Positions 6,405-15,544 are shown, counted from the first letter of the stretch. The stretch is 32,000 bases of DNA from Polynucleobacter wuianus (GCF_001659725.1 NZ_CP015922.1:1541498-1573497); one strand, 5' to 3'. Notes: a model not told the origin generated them from the sequence alone. Numbers and translations are program-made.

Positions 6405-7175
6405 ATGAAGTCGATTTTGAATATTGCCGCCTATCTATTTGTCAGCCTTGATGGCCTGCCAGAGCTGCGCGCCAAAATGCTCGACCAATGCCAGAATCGG
6501 GAGCTCAAGGGCACTATTTTGCTCACCGGAGAAGGCATCAATATGTTTCTTGCTGGCAAAGCCGATGCCTTACGTGGATTTTTAGATTGGCTACAGACCG
6601 ATCCTCGCTTCGCACTTCTTCAAGCTAAAGAGAGTTGGTCAGACGAGCAGCCATTCAAGAAAATGCTCATCAAACTGAAGAATGAAATTATTCGGATGAA
6701 TCACCCCGCTATTCAGCCAGAAAAGGGGCGTGCAAATTTCATTTCACCAAAAAAATTACAAGAATGGCTGGATCGAGGGACTGATGATCTTGGTCGGCCA
6801 GTAGTAATGGTTGACACTCGCAACGCATTTGAAGTGGACTATGGGACTTTTGAAAACGCTCTGCACTTTAACATTGAAAAGTTCACTGAGTTTCCTGCTG
6901 CCATCTCAGCACATAAAGAAGAGTTGGCAGATAAAACACTTGTTAGCTTTTGCACAGGCGGGATTCGTTGTGAAAAATCTGGCTTATACATGCGCGAAAT
7001 CGGTATGGAGCATAGTTATCAACTGGAGGGTGGCATTCTCAAGTACTTTGAAGAGGTTGGCTCTGCCCACTATCAAGGGAGTTGCTTTGTCTTTGATGAG
7101 CGTGAAGCTCTTGAGCCAAACCTCGATTCCATCCCCGTTGAGCGGTCTATTCGGAAAAAGCTCAAAACTGGCTAA
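6405..7175 (+). CDS. trhO: Rhodanese-domain protein of the UPF0176/YceA family (tRNA uridine(34) hydroxylase TrhO-like)
   Basis: N-terminus ILNIAAYLFVSLDGL.., followed by a rhodanese domain with the active-site loop FCTGGIRCEKS. The ATG at 6405 is preferred over the TTG at 6390. Confidence 0.75.
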   Translation: MKSILNIAAYLFVSLDGLPELRAKMLDQCQNRELKGTILLTGEGINMFLAGKADALRGFLDWLQTDPRFALLQAKESWSDEQPFKKMLIKLKNEIIRMNHPAIQPEKGRANFISPKKLQEWLDRGTDDLGRPVVMVDTRNAFEVDYGTFENALHFNIEKFTEFPAAISAHKEELADKTLVSFCTGGIRCEKSGLYMREIGMEHSYQLEGGILKYFEEVGSAHYQGSCFVFDEREALEPNLDSIPVERSIRKKLKTG

Positions 7176-7271
7176 GTAGGCGCCTAACATCTAGCATAAA
7201 TAGTAAAATTAACAAACAGTGGTACTTTAATTGCAGCACACCAATACATAACAATAATTCGGACTTGAGAC

Positions 7272-8267
7272 ATGTCTAATACTATTTATCGGCAAAAGCC
7301 GATTTTTTTATCTTTTCTGTTTGCCTTAATTGGGCTAGCAACTAGCCTGAGCGCTCATGCTCAAACTCCTGCTTACCCCACTAAGCCGATCAAACTTATT
7401 GCACCTGTTGCCGCGGGCGGTGGCTTAGATAATATTGCTCGCGCTGTTGCCGAGAAACTATCCCGCTCACTTGGTCAGCCAGTTATCGTTGAAAACATGG
7501 GTGGCGGCGGTGGCGCCATCGCCTCACAAGCAACTGCAAAAGCGCCCGCTGATGGCTATACCCTGATGGTTGCGTATGTTGGCACTCATGGCACCAATCC
7601 AGCAGTTCGTCGACTTCCTTATGATGCGATCAAAGATTTCACTCCCATCGGCATGATTGGCGCAACTCCTAATGTCTTAATCATCAACCCTGAGTTGCCG
7701 ATTAAAAATTTTAAAGAGTTTGTGGACTACGCAAAAAAGAATCCAGCCAAATTAAGTTATGGATCAGCTGGACCAGGAACATTAACTCACCTCGGAATGG
7801 AGCAACTGAAGCTTGCCGCTGGCATCTTCATGGTGCACGTACCTTATCGTGGCGTCGGACCTGCCTACACAGACCTTCTAGCTGGACAAACGCAGGCGAT
7901 GTTGCCAACTCTATTTGCAGCCCTACCCTATATTGATACAAATCGCGTGCGGGGCCTAGCAGTTACTGGCGCTAAGCGCAGTTCAGCCGCCCCCAATATC
8001 CCTACCTTTAAAGAGTTGGGCTTTAGCGGTTTTGATGGTCAGCAATGGTATGGAATTGTTGGACCTGCAAATCTACCACCGGCCATTGTTAGCAAACTGA
8101 ATACTGAGCTGAATAAAGTGCTGGCCTTACATGACTTCTCAGAAAAGATGACAAGCGAAGCAATGACCTTAATGCCAATGTCTCCAAACCAATTCTCAAA
8201 TTACATCAAAGAAGATATTGCACGCTGGGCTAAAGTTGCCAAAGATCGTCACATTGAACTTGAATAA
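7272..8267 (+). CDS. Bug-family (TctC-like) substrate-binding protein
   Basis: Signal peptide ending SAHAQ. Motifs PIKLIAPVAAGGGLDNIARAVA, DGYTLMVAY and HVPYRGVGP. Confidence 0.9.
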   Translation: MSNTIYRQKPIFLSFLFALIGLATSLSAHAQTPAYPTKPIKLIAPVAAGGGLDNIARAVAEKLSRSLGQPVIVENMGGGGGAIASQATAKAPADGYTLMVAYVGTHGTNPAVRRLPYDAIKDFTPIGMIGATPNVLIINPELPIKNFKEFVDYAKKNPAKLSYGSAGPGTLTHLGMEQLKLAAGIFMVHVPYRGVGPAYTDLLAGQTQAMLPTLFAALPYIDTNRVRGLAVTGAKRSSAAPNIPTFKELGFSGFDGQQWYGIVGPANLPPAIVSKLNTELNKVLALHDFSEKMTSEAMTLMPMSPNQFSNYIKEDIARWAKVAKDRHIELE

Positions 8268-8315
8268 ATTTATCTCTTACATTCCCCATCATTCATATCA
8301 ATCATAGGAAATAAC

Positions 8316-9689
8316 ATGTCTCACGCTATCGCTGCAGCAGCCGATTTAAATGCGCCACCAGTTACAAAGATTCTGGCAGAGTTTGTCACCTCACATCCCA
8401 GCCAAGGCTGGACACCAGAAGTGGATCACGAAGCGCATCGCACTTTTTTAAACTGGCTTGGCTGCGCAATTGGTGCAGCTAACCATGAAAGCGTTGAGTC
8501 TTCATTAGCCGCTATTCGTGAATTTCAGCCAGCGCCGCAAGCCAGCATCCTCGGACGTAAAGATAAAGTTGATATGGGTGGCGCTGCTCTGATTAATGGC
8601 ATTAGTTCCCATACTTTTGACTTTGATGACACTCACTTAAAGACGGTGATTCATCCTGCGGGCCCAGTCGCTTCAGCAATCTTGGCTTTGGGCGAACACA
8701 CCAATGCCAATGGTCGCCAAATTATTGACTCCTTAGTTTTAGGTATCGATGTTGCATGCCGTGTTGGCAATGCTATGTACCCTGACCACTACCATCGCGG
8801 TTGGCATATCACCGGCTCAACCGGCATGTTGGGCTCTGCTGCGGCTTGTTCACGCTTAATGGGTCTTGATCTTCAAAAAACAACTATGGCACTCGGTATT
8901 GCCGCTTCACAGCCAGTTGGCATGCGCGAGCAATTTGGCACGATGACTAAGCCCTTTCATCCAGGTGGTGCTGCACGTGCTGGTCAACTCTCTGCGTTAC
9001 TAGCAAAACATGGTTTCACAGCCAGCCCTAAAGCACTTGAAGCAGGTCGCGGTTATATGCAAACTGTTTCTACCAAGAATGACTGGACAGAAATTGATCG
9101 CGCCCTGGGTAAATCATTTGAGATCTCTTTAAATACCTATAAACCATTTGCTTGTGGCATCGTGATTCACCCTGCGATTGATGCATGCGCACAGTTACGC
9201 GCACAGGGCGTCAAGGCTGAGGACGTAGAGCGTATCGAATTGCGCGTTCACCCACTCGTTCTAGAGCTTACTGGCAAGAAAACCCCTAAGGATGGTCTTG
9301 AGGGCAAATTTAGCGTCTACCATGGTTGTGCTGTTGGACTCATCTTTGGTCAAGCTGGTGAAGGCGAGTATGCGGATGACATCGTGAACCGTCCCGATGT
9401 TGTGGCATTGCGCGCTAAGGTGAACGCCACTACCGATACCTCTATTAGTGAAGCTTCAGTTGACGTTAAAGCCATCCTAAAAGACGGTAAAGAAGTACAT
9501 ATTTTTGTGAAGAATGCGATTGGTTCTGTAGAAAACCCAATGAGCGATGCCAATTTGGAACAGAAATTCACTAGCTTGGCAGAACCGATTATTGGCAAAG
9601 AGAAAACTCGTCAACTAATTTCCGCTCTATGGAAATTAGGCCAAGCCTCTGATCTCAAGCAGATCTTGAACCTTTGCACACCCGACTAA
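8316..9689 (+). CDS. MmgE/PrpD family protein (2-methylcitrate dehydratase-like fold; substrate unknown)
   Basis: 457 aa with the PrpD-family pattern ..NGISSHTFDFDDTH..HPAGPV.. and GWHITGSTG. Confidence 0.85.
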   Translation: MSHAIAAAADLNAPPVTKILAEFVTSHPSQGWTPEVDHEAHRTFLNWLGCAIGAANHESVESSLAAIREFQPAPQASILGRKDKVDMGGAALINGISSHTFDFDDTHLKTVIHPAGPVASAILALGEHTNANGRQIIDSLVLGIDVACRVGNAMYPDHYHRGWHITGSTGMLGSAAACSRLMGLDLQKTTMALGIAASQPVGMREQFGTMTKPFHPGGAARAGQLSALLAKHGFTASPKALEAGRGYMQTVSTKNDWTEIDRALGKSFEISLNTYKPFACGIVIHPAIDACAQLRAQGVKAEDVERIELRVHPLVLELTGKKTPKDGLEGKFSVYHGCAVGLIFGQAGEGEYADDIVNRPDVVALRAKVNATTDTSISEASVDVKAILKDGKEVHIFVKNAIGSVENPMSDANLEQKFTSLAEPIIGKEKTRQLISALWKLGQASDLKQILNLCTPD

Positions 9690-9710
9690 ATTTAAAGAGA
9701 GTATTGATTA

Positions 9711-10688
9711 ATGGCTTCATTACCAAATATCGTCATCCTTGGAGACTACGAGCGTGCTCTGCGTCGCTTCTCCAATTGGGAAAAACTTGAGAAGCAAGCA
9801 AATCTCACCTTTCACCATGAGCCACTGCGTGATGAGGCACTTTATGAAGCAGTGAAAGATGCAGATGCAATTGCAATCGTGCGTGATCGCTCTCCATTCA
9901 ATGAAGCCATGATTGCACGCTTACCGAAGCTGAAATTTTTGATGTTTACAGGTGAACGTAATGGCACTCTCGATGCGGCAGCATTGGTAGCTCGTAACAT
10001 TCCCATTGCCTGCTCACCTGGCGGTCCATCAAAGGAAACTACAGCAGAATTAACTTGGGCTCTCATTCTTGGCGCATCGAAACGTCTGATTGAAGAAAAT
10101 AAATTGATTGCATCAGGCGGATGGCGTGATCACCTTTCCGTTCTCCCCATGCTCTCAGGCGAACGCTTAGGCATCATGGGCCTGGGCGCAATTGGTAGTC
10201 GCGTAGCACGAGTTGGCGCTGCATTTGGAATGGAAGTCGTTGCTTGGAGTCCTCGTATGACTCCAGAGCGTGCTGCTGCGGAGAATGCTAAAGCAGTCAG
10301 TCTTGATGAATTGCTATCAACATCTAAGGTGGTATCCATGCATCTGGTAGCAGGACCTGGAACCAAAGGATTGATTAGTGCCGATCAATTGGCTTTGATG
10401 CGCCCTGACTCAATCCTGGTAAACACTTCACGTGCAGCCCTGATCAATATGGCTGATCTACAAAAAGCGTTGATTGCAGGCAAGCCAGGTCAAGCAGCTG
10501 TCGATGTATTTGATATTGAACCTCTTCCAGCAAATGATCCTTTACGCAACACACCGAATCTGTTGGTTACACCCCATTTAGGATTTATTGCAGAACCGAT
10601 CTTTGCTAGCTTCTCCAAGGGCATTACCGAAACTTTAGAAGCATGGTTGGACAACAAGCCATTGCCTCACCCATTTAAGCCACAGTAA
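9711..10688 (+). CDS. D-isomer-specific 2-hydroxyacid dehydrogenase family protein
   Basis: NAD-binding GIMGLGAIGSRVARV. Catalytic-region motifs NTSRAALI, DVFDIEP and TPHLG. Confidence 0.9.
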   Translation: MASLPNIVILGDYERALRRFSNWEKLEKQANLTFHHEPLRDEALYEAVKDADAIAIVRDRSPFNEAMIARLPKLKFLMFTGERNGTLDAAALVARNIPIACSPGGPSKETTAELTWALILGASKRLIEENKLIASGGWRDHLSVLPMLSGERLGIMGLGAIGSRVARVGAAFGMEVVAWSPRMTPERAAAENAKAVSLDELLSTSKVVSMHLVAGPGTKGLISADQLALMRPDSILVNTSRAALINMADLQKALIAGKPGQAAVDVFDIEPLPANDPLRNTPNLLVTPHLGFIAEPIFASFSKGITETLEAWLDNKPLPHPFKPQ

Positions 10689-10690
10689 TC

Positions 10691-11230
10691 TTGAAAACAC
10701 TCACGCCGCTCGAACTCTTTATTAGCTTTAGCAAAATTGGCATGTCCGGGTTCGGCGGGGTCCTTCCTTGGGCCAGAAGAACCCTGGTAGAGCGCGACAA
10801 GATTTTGACCTCTGAGGAATTTAGCGCCATCCTAGGTATCTGCCAAATTGTTCCAGGACCTAATATCGTGAATCTCGCAGTTTGTATTGGCTCTCGTTTT
10901 GGTGGCGCTAGAGGTGCACTTGCTGCGGTACTAGGTCTCACCTTGGGACCAATTTCTATTGTGATGTTGTTAGCGGTTTTATACGAGCACTACAGCTATT
11001 TGGACTCAGTTAAAGGAGTGCTCCGTGGAATATCTGCAGTAGGTGTAGGCCTGATTGCATCTACGGGTTTCAAAATGCTCAAGGATGAGTTTCGTTATCC
11101 AGCAATGTTCATTGTTGTCATCGTCACCATACTAGCTGCGAGCTATTTCCATCTTGGTTTAGGTTGGGTCGTCCTAATCTCTTCACCATTAGCCTTGGTC
11201 TTAGCCTGGAAGAAAGCCCACTCAGAATGA
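10691..11230 (+). CDS. chrA: Chromate transporter (CHR) family protein, short-chain half 1
   Basis: 179 aa. CHR motifs FGGVLPW..ERDKILTSEEF..CQIVPGPN. TTG start inferred because the conserved N-terminal segment (ELFISFSKIG) lies upstream of the first ATG. Confidence 0.8.
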   Translation: MKTLTPLELFISFSKIGMSGFGGVLPWARRTLVERDKILTSEEFSAILGICQIVPGPNIVNLAVCIGSRFGGARGALAAVLGLTLGPISIVMLLAVLYEHYSYLDSVKGVLRGISAVGVGLIASTGFKMLKDEFRYPAMFIVVIVTILAASYFHLGLGWVVLISSPLALVLAWKKAHSE

Positions 11231-11748
11231 GCATGCTTCTTAGCCTCTTTCTCAAGCTCTCTGCTTTCTCCTTGATCGCATTCGGTGGCGTGAATGCACT
11301 ACTCCCAGTTCTATTCAACTTAGCAGTAACCCAAGAACATTGGATTGATGTTCAGACCTTCTCTGACTATTTTGCCATTGCACAAGCGGCACCAGGTCCT
11401 AATTTCATGACCGTTACCCTATTGGGCTGGCATGTTGATGGAGTGATTGGCGCCCTCGTTGCCACATTTGCAATCGCCTGGCCTTCTTCCATTTTGATTT
11501 TTTACTTACAACGCCTCATTATGGGTATTGAGGATCCGCTAAAAAAGAAATCAATTCAATACGCAGCTGCCGCTCTTGCGATTGGCTTGGTTCTCTCTTC
11601 TGCCTGGCAAATTTCTTTACAAATTAACCATAGTGTCGCTGCTTATATATTGACGATCGCGACGATTGCGATTACCTTCTTTACACGTTGGCACCCTTTG
11701 TATTTAATAGTGATTGGGGCCGCATTAGGCTTACTAGGCATCATCTAA
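11227..11748 (+). CDS. chrA: Chromate transporter (CHR) family protein, short-chain half 2
   Basis: The start ATG overlaps the upstream stop (ATGA at 11227-11230). Motifs LIAFGGVNALLP..AQAAPGPN. The track ORF start at 11164 would overlap the preceding gene by 67 nt. Confidence 0.8.
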   Translation: MSMLLSLFLKLSAFSLIAFGGVNALLPVLFNLAVTQEHWIDVQTFSDYFAIAQAAPGPNFMTVTLLGWHVDGVIGALVATFAIAWPSSILIFYLQRLIMGIEDPLKKKSIQYAAAALAIGLVLSSAWQISLQINHSVAAYILTIATIAITFFTRWHPLYLIVIGAALGLLGII

Positions 11749-11759
11749 AAAGGATCAAA

Positions 11760-12737
11760 ATGAAGATCACCCATTTCTTTCTCACCGCATTGGGCTTAGT
11801 TAGCCTTCTCAATATTGGGACTGCGCAGGCTCAATCTAACTACCCTAACAAGCCTATCAATTTTGTTGTTCCTTATGGTGCCGGTGGTGGCGCAGATTCC
11901 CGTAGCCGTCAAATTGCACAGAAGATGAGCGTCATTCTGAAGCAACCTATCATCGTTGATAACAAACCAGGTGCTGGTGGCAATATTGGCACTGAATTTA
12001 TTTCTCGTGCAGCGCCCGATGGTTACACCATCGGCATGGGGAACTTTGCTCCAATGGCTGTCAATAAAACTTTATTTGGTAATTTACGTTACGACCCTGA
12101 AACCGATATCACACCAATCGTGTTAATCGAAAAAGGTCCTTTAGTTTTAGTAGTTAACCCAAACTCACCCTATAAAACAGTACAGGATATTGTTGCAGCT
12201 GCTAAAGCGAAGCCTGGCGTACTCACCTTTTCTTCTGGCGGGATTGGTGGTAGCCACCAACTGTCTGCAGAAATCTTTGAGCAAAATGCTGGTATCGATA
12301 TGATTCACGTGCCATATAAGAGTGGCTCGGCTGGCTTAACGGATTTGATGGCGGGTAACGTCACCATGATGTTTGATCAAATGTATTCAGCCATGCCCTC
12401 AATTAAGGCTGAGAAGCTTCGTCCAATTGCCATTACTAGCAAGAAGCGCTCTCCTCTACTGCCTAACATCCCCACTTTTGCTGAAGCAGGCTACCCAAAG
12501 GTTGAAGTACTCAATTGGCAAGGCCTGATTGCACCCAAGGGAACTCCAAAGGCCATCATTGATAAGCTCAATGCTGCAGCAAATGAGGCTTTGAAAGATC
12601 CTCAATTACGAGAGCTCATGCTATCTCAAGGAAATGAAATTGGTGGCGGCAGTCCTGCGGAATTTGCTGCGTTGATTAAATCAGAATCAGCCAAATGGAG
12701 TGCAGTTGTGAAAACGGCTAATATCAAACCAGAGTAA
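11760..12737 (+). CDS. Bug-family (TctC-like) substrate-binding protein
   Basis: Signal peptide MKITHFFLTALGLVSLLNIGTAQAQ. Motifs PINFVVPYGAGGGADSRSRQIA, DGYTIGMG and HVPYKSGSA. Start set at ATG 11760. Confidence 0.9.
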   Translation: MKITHFFLTALGLVSLLNIGTAQAQSNYPNKPINFVVPYGAGGGADSRSRQIAQKMSVILKQPIIVDNKPGAGGNIGTEFISRAAPDGYTIGMGNFAPMAVNKTLFGNLRYDPETDITPIVLIEKGPLVLVVNPNSPYKTVQDIVAAAKAKPGVLTFSSGGIGGSHQLSAEIFEQNAGIDMIHVPYKSGSAGLTDLMAGNVTMMFDQMYSAMPSIKAEKLRPIAITSKKRSPLLPNIPTFAEAGYPKVEVLNWQGLIAPKGTPKAIIDKLNAAANEALKDPQLRELMLSQGNEIGGGSPAEFAALIKSESAKWSAVVKTANIKPE

Positions 12738-12779
12738 TGAGTTTGATAAATAAAAAGGGGGGCTTAATAGCTCACTTTT

Positions 12780-13157
12780 TTATTTCAGGGCTTGATACGT
12801 CAAGATACCCAAAAAGGTTAACAGCAGTGAACCAACTAAATGCAGCATTGCCGTTCCCAGAGCCCAAGTAAATTCTCCACGCTGAATGAAGGCAACGACT
12901 TCAGCAGAGAAGCTAGAGAAGGTAGTCAGGCCACCTAAAAAACCAGTTACCACCAAGAGTCGCCACTCTGGCGAAAGCTGCGGATTATTACCAAAGAAAG
13001 CAACGGCTAGACCAACTAGGTAACCGCCCACCATATTCGAGATCAAAGTGCCCAGCGGAATGATGGAGGCAGCGCTTACCGTCAGAACGTTAAAGCCCGC
13101 TCTTAATAGGGCACCAAGACCAGCGCCAAAGAAGATTGCAAGAATAGAAAGCCACAT
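12780..13157 (-). CDS. crcB: Fluoride efflux channel CrcB/FluC
   Basis: About 125 aa with four TM segments. Motifs GAGLGALLR and GFLGGLTTFSSF. Start ambiguous: ATG 13157 gives the typical N-terminus MWLSILAIFFG, while ATG 13187 would overlap ygiD by 20 nt. Confidence 0.88.
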   Translation of the reverse strand: MWLSILAIFFGAGLGALLRAGFNVLTVSAASIIPLGTLISNMVGGYLVGLAVAFFGNNPQLSPEWRLLVVTGFLGGLTTFSSFSAEVVAFIQRGEFTWALGTAMLHLVGSLLLTFLGILTYQALK

Positions 13158-13167
13158 AATGTTTTCT

Positions 13168-13947
13168 TTATTGAATGGAAAAACCAAGCATGCTGATCGA
13201 ACTCATTTCGATACCATCAACAAACACTTTGGCATGCTCACCCTCTTGTTGTAAAGCTAAAGTATATAAAGCGGGCCAATAGTGCTCAGCCGTAGGAATG
13301 GATAGATGAGCAGCATCCCCATATTTTTCCCAGTCGATTAATGAATCATGGTGATTGGCGCGAATCTCCGCTGCGAAAAAATCATTAAATTCTTCTGCCC
13401 ATGGGTATGGTTCCGCGCCATCTTGCCAGTGAATCGTACGCAAGTTGTGCACGATATTACCGCTAGACAAAATCAGAATATTTTCATCGCGCAAAGGTCG
13501 CAACTGTTTTGCTAACTCATAATGCTCGCGGGCTGACATAGAGCCATCTAGGCTCAACTGGACCACGGGCACATCTGAATTGGGATAGAGGTATTTCAGA
13601 ACAGACCATGCACCATGATCAATACCCCATTCATTCTCTTCTAGAACAACGGGAACATTTAATAATTCTTGAACACGGTCTGCTAATGCAGGGCTTCCAG
13701 GGGCTGGATATTGGATATCAAATAGCGCTTGGGGAAAGCCGCCGAAGTCATGAATTGTTTTAGGCTTAGACATTGCAGTAACCCAAGTACCGCGAGTTAC
13801 CCAATGTGCGGAGATCACCAGAATGGCGTCAGGCCGTTTGAGTGATTTTCCTAGAGAGGCCCAAGCCGCTGTAAAACGGTTGGGCTCTATGGCGTACATC
13901 GGACTGCCATGGCCAGCAAATACAGCAGGTTGGCGATGGCTAGTCAT
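13168..13947 (-). CDS. ygiD: Class III extradiol dioxygenase, 4,5-DOPA dioxygenase (YgiD/LigB) family
   Basis: 259 aa. Motifs FAGHGSPMYA, VISAHW, IDHGAW and SGNIVHNL are typical of the YgiD family. Confidence 0.85.
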   Translation of the reverse strand: MTSHRQPAVFAGHGSPMYAIEPNRFTAAWASLGKSLKRPDAILVISAHWVTRGTWVTAMSKPKTIHDFGGFPQALFDIQYPAPGSPALADRVQELLNVPVVLEENEWGIDHGAWSVLKYLYPNSDVPVVQLSLDGSMSAREHYELAKQLRPLRDENILILSSGNIVHNLRTIHWQDGAEPYPWAEEFNDFFAAEIRANHHDSLIDWEKYGDAAHLSIPTAEHYWPALYTLALQQEGEHAKVFVDGIEMSSISMLGFSIQ

Positions 13948-13956
13948 TAAGACTGA

Positions 13957-14094
13957 TTAACCGAATACGTAACCAGTATGAGCAGCCACCAATGCAAACA
14001 AAATCGCCAAGCTAGTTGCAGCAGCCAACATCACGATCAATGTAATGATCTTTTTGTTAACTTCTTCTTTAGATTCGTTGTGCCATTCGTTCAT
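13957..14094 (-). CDS. Small single-pass membrane protein, 45 aa (not in the ORF track)
   Basis: Hand translation of the minus strand: MNEWHNESKEEVNKKIITLIVMLAAATSLAILFALVAAHTGYVFG*. GAGGA lies 7 nt upstream of the ATG (acaGAGGAtttagcATG). There is one clear hydrophobic helix. The overlapping plus-strand ORF 13978..14196 looks like noise. Confidence 0.45.
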   Translation of the reverse strand: MNEWHNESKEEVNKKIITLIVMLAAATSLAILFALVAAHTGYVFG

Positions 14095-14138
14095 GCTAAA
14101 TCCTCTGTAAACACATTAATAATGAGTGTAATTATCCA

Positions 14139-14306
14139 CTATCGACCGCGACCGGCCTTGCGCATCATGCCTTTTCCGCCACCAAAGCCTGCCTGAGGCC
14201 TGCCAGCGGGTCCTGATGGTCCTTTTGGTGCAGGTGGACGGGCTGGGGGCTTAGCTACTACTGGCTTAGCTGGGGTTTTTGGGTCTGTTTTCTTATCGTC
14301 AGTCAC
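14139..14306 (-). CDS. Small basic Pro/Lys/Gly-rich protein, 55 aa, GTG start (not in the ORF track)
   Basis: Hand translation: VTDDKKTDPKTPAKPVVAKPPARPPAPKGPSGPAGRPQAGFGGGKGMMRKAGRGR*. AGGAG lies 6 nt upstream of the GTG (atAGGAGctcaaaGTG). It sits 44 nt upstream of the 45-aa ORF on the same strand. Confidence 0.35.
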   Translation of the reverse strand: MTDDKKTDPKTPAKPVVAKPPARPPAPKGPSGPAGRPQAGFGGGKGMMRKAGRGR

Positions 14307-14334
14307 TTTGAGCTCCTATGGATATCATATTGCC

Positions 14335-14997
14335 ATGATTACTGACTATTCTATCCAAGCCGTCGCTATTAATGCGATTCCCCTAATTTTTGCCATCACC
14401 ATCCATGAGGCGGCCCATGGCTACGCTGCCCGCAAGTTTGGGGATAACACGGCTTACATGCTTGGCAGAGTAAGCCTTAACCCTGCTAAACATATAGATC
14501 CAGTAGGAACTGTGTTACTTCCTTTAGCATTAATTTTGATGCAGTCGCCTTTTTTGATTGGCTATGCCAAACCAGTACCCGTCAACTTTGGGCGCCTCAA
14601 AAATCCTAGAATCGACTCTATTTGGGTTGCCCTGGCTGGACCTGGGTCTAACTTTATTCAGGCACTAATTTGGTTAATTCTGCTAATTCTGCTGGTGGGC
14701 CTTGGTATTGATGAAAAATTCCTGATTTCGATGTCTCAAGCCGGTATCTCTTGGAACCTCAGCTTGCTTGTATTTAACCTGCTACCAATTCCACCTTTTG
14801 ATGGAGGACGAGTTCTATCGGGACTCCTCCCTACAAGACAGTCCTTGGCGCTCGATAGATTAGAAAAGTGGGGGTTTTATATTGTCCTTGGGCTCATGTT
14901 TACTGGAATTATCAGCAATCTCTGGATGACACCTCTCTTAAACTTCTTCCAATGGCTTATTCTTTTGCTAACCAGCCCCCTGCAGATGCTCTTCTAG
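14335..14997 (+). CDS. Site-2 protease (M50) family zinc metalloprotease
   Basis: HEAAHG zinc motif in the first TM segment and a later LLPIPPFDGGRV motif. Start set at ATG 14335 (MITDYSIQ..), 23 aa before HEAAH. Confidence 0.9.
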   Translation: MITDYSIQAVAINAIPLIFAITIHEAAHGYAARKFGDNTAYMLGRVSLNPAKHIDPVGTVLLPLALILMQSPFLIGYAKPVPVNFGRLKNPRIDSIWVALAGPGSNFIQALIWLILLILLVGLGIDEKFLISMSQAGISWNLSLLVFNLLPIPPFDGGRVLSGLLPTRQSLALDRLEKWGFYIVLGLMFTGIISNLWMTPLLNFFQWLILLLTSPLQMLF

Positions 14998-15086
14998 GCT
15001 TCCCGTCAAACAAAAGTCATCAATCTGGAGTATGCTGATTTCATAGTAGGCGGTCTCCATTCATCAATATATCTAAAGAGGTTCCC

Positions 15087-15539
15087 ATGAAACTACAGAA
15101 AATTCTTTTAGCTGGTACAGCAACCGTTTTAGCAATTGCCGCTGGTACTGCGATTGCGCAATTCCAAAAACCAGAAGATGCCATTAAATATCGCCAAAGT
15201 GCTTTTACAGTAATGGCAAATTCTTTTGGAAAAATTGGTGCGGTTGTTAAAGGCGAGGCTCCATATAACAAAGATGAAGTTGCCAAAAATGCAGCGATTG
15301 TTGCCATGATGTCGACCTTGCCATGGCAAGCATTTGGTCCAGGCACTGAAGGCGGTAAGGCGCAACCTGAAGTTTGGTCTGATAACGCGAAGTTCAAAGC
15401 AGCTTCTGAAAAAATGCAACTAGCAGTAGCTGATCTGAATAAAGCCGCTCAATCAGGTGATCTGGAAAGCATCAAGAAAACGTTTGGCGCTGCAGGTGCA
15501 AGCTGCAAAGGATGCCACGATGATTTCAAAAAGAAATAA
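15087..15539 (+). CDS. Cytochrome c' (class II c-type cytochrome)
   Basis: Signal peptide MKLQKILLAGTATVLAIAAGTAIAQ. Four-helix-bundle length with a C-terminal heme site CKGCHDDFKKK. Confidence 0.85.
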   Translation: MKLQKILLAGTATVLAIAAGTAIAQFQKPEDAIKYRQSAFTVMANSFGKIGAVVKGEAPYNKDEVAKNAAIVAMMSTLPWQAFGPGTEGGKAQPEVWSDNAKFKAASEKMQLAVADLNKAAQSGDLESIKKTFGAAGASCKGCHDDFKKK

Positions 15540-15544
15540 TCTGC

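Noticed and set aside
13100-13200. Fluoride riboswitch upstream of crcB
   Set aside because: The crcB start abuts or overlaps the ygiD coding region, which leaves no non-coding leader.
13978-14196. Tracked + strand ORF of 72 aa
   Set aside because: It has an implausible composition (Cys/His/Gln-rich, then poly-Phe and Pro) and no RBS. It lies opposite two minus-strand small ORFs that have good Shine-Dalgarno sites.
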